Positions 59,906 through 64,000 of a stretch of DNA of 64,000 nucleotides are shown here, in pieces. The notes beneath the pieces were generated by a model. It was not told where the DNA came from. It did not search any database and was given only the letters and a program-made list of their open reading frames with translations. The DNA is from the human T2T-CHM13v2.0 reference genome, Homo sapiens, in the NCBI RefSeq assembly GCF_009914755.1, contig NC_060934.1. One strand, 5' to 3'. Made by a program: the position numbers and the translations under genes. How positions within the stretch are numbered: the stretch's first letter is position 1; the number at the start of each line of letters is the position of its first letter.

Positions 59906-62399
59906 TCGCTTTATCCCAATGCATGCCCACTCATCATTTGATCTTTTTGTTTTAAAATGAATAGTAATCTACCTCCATTAAAAGCCTCCCAAGAGGACTT
60001 AGCTCCAGTGAGCATCGAACAGTTTTAACTGATGGGCTCAAGGGATGGAAGAAGCTGGATGAGATGTCAGCAAGAACATTCTTTGACAAAACCCAGTCCT
60101 AAGCCAAATTCTTAAGATTTGGAAAGAAAATAATTTTGTCTTACTGCCAGCAGACTCTCCTGTTTTCTGTTTCAACTAAGCAAATTAGGAATGGTTATTT
60201 CCATGCAATGTCTCCCCATGCTGGGCACTAAAACTCAAGGTACTCCAAAGTATCTAAGAAGGTTGAATAAACACCCAAAGCTTTAGCAAAACTAAAATTC
60301 TTATGGGTTTCCTGAGTATACTTTCAGTTTACTTTTATTACTATTACAACTTTCCTTAATTTTATATATATGATATATTTTATTTCTATCATATATTTTC
60401 TTGATGATATATATAATATTTATTTATTTATTCTCACAATGTAATAGAGGGTATATTGTATAGAAGGTAAAAATATGAGTATGAGAAAATGTTAGAAATT
60501 GTAGGGACCATGGTGATTACTGGCAGATAACGCAAAACCAAAGTTACACAAATGTCAAAGGTCAAGTAGCAATTTAAGAGCAGAGCTGAGAATAGAATTC
60601 AGGTGAGGAAATCAGGTCCTGTGCCTGTGACATCACAGGTAGGGCCGCCCACTATACAACTCAAAGGGTAGCATTTATACAGAATGGGCAACATACAGCA
60701 AGGGCCAGGCCTGGAACTGACCTTTGTGGGGACTCTCATGAGTCCTATAATGCAGCAGCTTCAGTCACCAGAAACCTTGTAATTGTCTCATTATTCTTAA
60801 ATTTGAGGGACCTGACCAATTTTTTAAAAAAATTCAAAGTGAGCAGTGTACTGTCAGTTTTGGTCCCACTATAGGGTTGGTTTCCTCCAGAAATGGAGGC
60901 TTTGTGGTGTACCTCACCATCAGAATTCTTAAGATTTAAAATGTTTTCTTCACGGCCTTCTTGCACAATATCAGTGGCTTTTAGAAGGATCGTATTGAGT
61001 CATACTTGTAGGATTTATACAGCATAAACCTTCCAAATGGTCGGTGAAGCAAAATAGAAAATAAAGGCAGCCTCCCTCCTCCACCCACATTTTTTAAAAA
61101 TCCACAAGTTTTAGGAAAAAATCCAGCTCTAGCTAAAATCCCTGAAGCCCTTGTGAAACCTCAAGAGTTTTTCTTCCTCACCATGACCCATGAATTTTCA
61201 TTTGGTGGTGTGGCAGTGGCTTGAGGGATTTTAACTTGAAGCAGTTTACCCCATTTACTCTGTTGTTTGGGTGACATAGTTGATACTAAACAACAAAATT
61301 GCTGTACCTCCCTAAAACATGAACATATAATGGTTGTTTTTGTAAAGAGTTTGGGGATATGTGTGGCTAAAGGAGGTAATAAAGTATAACAAGGTCACAG
61401 TAAATGCTAGTTCATTATCTGAAGCACTGGTCCACCTCAGTGAGAAAAATATCAGAAGCGGGGTGGCAACAATGAAGATAAAGATGATGCAAATCATTAA
61501 AGAAAACCATTTGCCACCTCAACTGCATAATAAACTCAATACAGCCTGCTGTAGTCCTACATTCATGGTAAACCTAACAGATTTTCTGCTGAAAAATGCA
61601 ATGACGTTGAAACCAATGCAATGCACTGTCTCTGGTGTGAGGTACCTTACAAGGTAAAGGATTTAGGGTTTATGAGGTTTCTGTTGTTGATATTTTATAA
61701 TTTTTAGCAAAGCATTTGAGTTTTAACTCAGACCCAGGAGGTGCATTTTATTAGAACGTTTAATCCTTCCAAAAGGCTTTGTGAAATCCCTCTCCTCTGA
61801 TGTCTCCCTATCCCTATCAGTCTTCAGCATCTAGGTGTCCCAATCAACAAAGCCTCCTGAACTCTCAAACAGAACATTCTGTAGCAGCTGTGAATGTCTT
61901 GAAGCTAGATTTGACGTCACAGACAGCAGGCAGCACAGAGGAGACATGCCACCTGTTGGTGCCAAGCGTGTCCTACCTTGGAAACATGAGCAATCAATGT
62001 GCTGACCTTTCTTCCTGGAGAGTTTGAGGTCAGGCAGACTCCTTGAAAACAATGCCCCATTTAATATACACCCTTAAGCCTGAATGGTAACATTTGCATA
62101 TTTTTACTGATTCCTCACCCAAATTATTTTCCTCTTCAATGAACCTGTCCTTCCAGGACATCCATCATGGGTTGGATGCCACCCCATCTCCCATCTGGGT
62201 TAGCTTTCCCTTCTAGCAGGACATGTTAGCCAAGTAGGTTTCAAATTGTTCTCATTGGTCATTCCCCACAATCTTCCAACTAGGTAGTGCCACATCCATT
62301 CTGCAGAACATGTGTGGCAGAAGCATAGCAAAACCTACCAGTGCCAAGATTCCACTCTGTTGGACAGATTCCAAATGGAGCTTCCTTTCTGTGAAGCAA

Positions 62400-62790
62400 G
62401 GACCCTCACGCACAGTTCCTTCCTCCTCCGGTAATGTCTTCCCCCTCCTCTTTGCTTCTTTCCCATCCCTCTATCTCTAAACACTTCCTACATTCACACC
62501 CACCCAATCTCTCTGAAGAATTCATCCTGCCTCTCCCTAGCTGCACCAGCCTGCAGTTCTTTCTGCATTCTCTGCTGAATTCTTACTGGCATTTGTGGTA
62601 ACTGTGCTGGTAACTGTCTTATACTGGACGTAGTACTTGGTGTGGTTAATTTTCTTTTTCTATATAGAGGTATTGAGTTCAGTATGCTATCAGCTCTGAA
62701 AAATGGGGCCTTGTCTACCTGTCCCTACAGGGTCGAGAAGAATACTGCACACAAAGGTTCACAAGAAGAATAGTATTTGTGTATGGATTA
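62400..62790 (+). mobile_element. L2 3' fragment (degenerate)
   Basis: cacgcacagttccttcctcctccggtaatgtcttcccc...ggggccttgtct. Confidence 0.5.
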
Positions 62791-64000
62791 TGTCAGGAAA
62801 AAAAACCCATGATAACAGTCCTCAACCGGGCTTTGAAAACAGCAAGTATGTTCCTCAATTCTAGTTTTGCTTTGGTTTATATTTTAGATGTGAACCTCTA
62901 GCTAGAAATCTAAGGGCATATTTCACAGAAAATACTAGAAAATGGCATATAAAAATGGATGGCAGAAAACTTTTTCAAGTGGAAAAGGAAGAAAGGAAGG
63001 AAAGAAAGAAGGGCAGACTACCTGGTGGTATAGGCCCTTATATCTAGAACTCTCACTCAATGCTTCCAACACTTTTTCATAAACCACAAAACCAGAAATT
63101 TACTGTTCAATAACAGAAACATATGGTGTGGAGCTTTCTAGCTTTTTCTTTTTTCTTTTTTTTTTTTTTGATGGTAAAGAGGTAGCAAGGAGAGAGGATC
63201 TAGTTGGGGAGGTGGGTAGGACAAGAAGAAGTGGGAGTGAATGTTTTCAAAAAGCTTTTGGTAGATAAGGACTTTCTCTCATTCATTTTTAAATTTTCCT
63301 ATTAAAATATGTACTTTATAGCTTCTCGACTTTACAAGAGGCATGTTTTTTGATGGAAACATATTCTGGTGTGCACAGTGATTAGGTCCATTAGTGGATA
63401 AATTCAGCGTTCACTCAAGAGACCATGCCACAAGACCAAATCCACTACTTTTATTGGAAATACTGGGGCTGAGAAAGAGAGTAAATTCATTAATGCTAAG
63501 CCTATACAAAGCAGTTTGCTCTTTTTGTCTGTTTCGTATTGTACCATTGCAGAAAGGTTGAGTGTACCTCCGCTACTAAAACAGTCCATGTATCCAGGGA
63601 GCTTGCTAATCAATTTTAGAGTCAACAGAGCCCCAGGACACCGTTAAGAAATTCAAGGTTTTCAGGGATAGTTGAAAAAGAAAACAAATGACTGGGCATG
63701 TTCCTCTCTGTGTTTCCCTTCCACTGCTTGGAAGAGGACAAACAGTGTTCACTGGCGACGGACAATGTGATGCTCCATTGACTTCTTTCCAGCACAGTTT
63801 AAGCTATCAGGTCAGCCTTCTGTTCACTGAAAGACATTTGTGTTTCTACATACCTGTACTCACGATTAAAGGGCACTGAATCACTCTAGACCTTTAACAG
63901 CACTAAATGGGCTATTAGGCAAAATTGAAATTGAATTCCCTACAATTCACAGCTGAGAAATACATGGCCACTGAATAATTACCTCATATCCCAGACACTT

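Noticed and set aside
63404-63879. Short ORFs in unique sequence near the window end
   Set aside because: There is no recognisable homology or splice context, and the lengths are compatible with chance.

Overview
This is AT-rich, CpG-poor primate (most likely human) genomic DNA that looks intronic or intergenic and is dominated by transposon relics. It holds a near full-length dead L1PA (47385-53230) inserted into an L2, a 5'-inverted L1PB, two large old L1M pieces, six Alus plus one Alu fragment, MaLR/ERVL LTRs, a MER58 DNA transposon and many MIR/L2 remnants. No intact protein-coding gene is recognisable, and the long ORFs are L1- or Alu-derived. The most unusual structure is a cluster of local rearrangements at about 12.8-16.6 kb. 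It contains a 140-bp tandem duplication, a third 76-bp copy of that sequence ending in a fold-back hairpin, and a 235-bp inverted repeat with a 177-bp perfect core flanking a 1.5-kb spacer. The repeat arms are built from ancient MIR/L2-type sequence, so their near identity implies recent copying or homogenisation. This makes the spacer a candidate micro-inversion and the arms a candidate non-Alu dsRNA. Next to it lies a candidate 19-nt + strand micro-exon, and further downstream a candidate MIR-derived exon. Repeat subfamily names and most boundaries were recognised by eye and are approximate.
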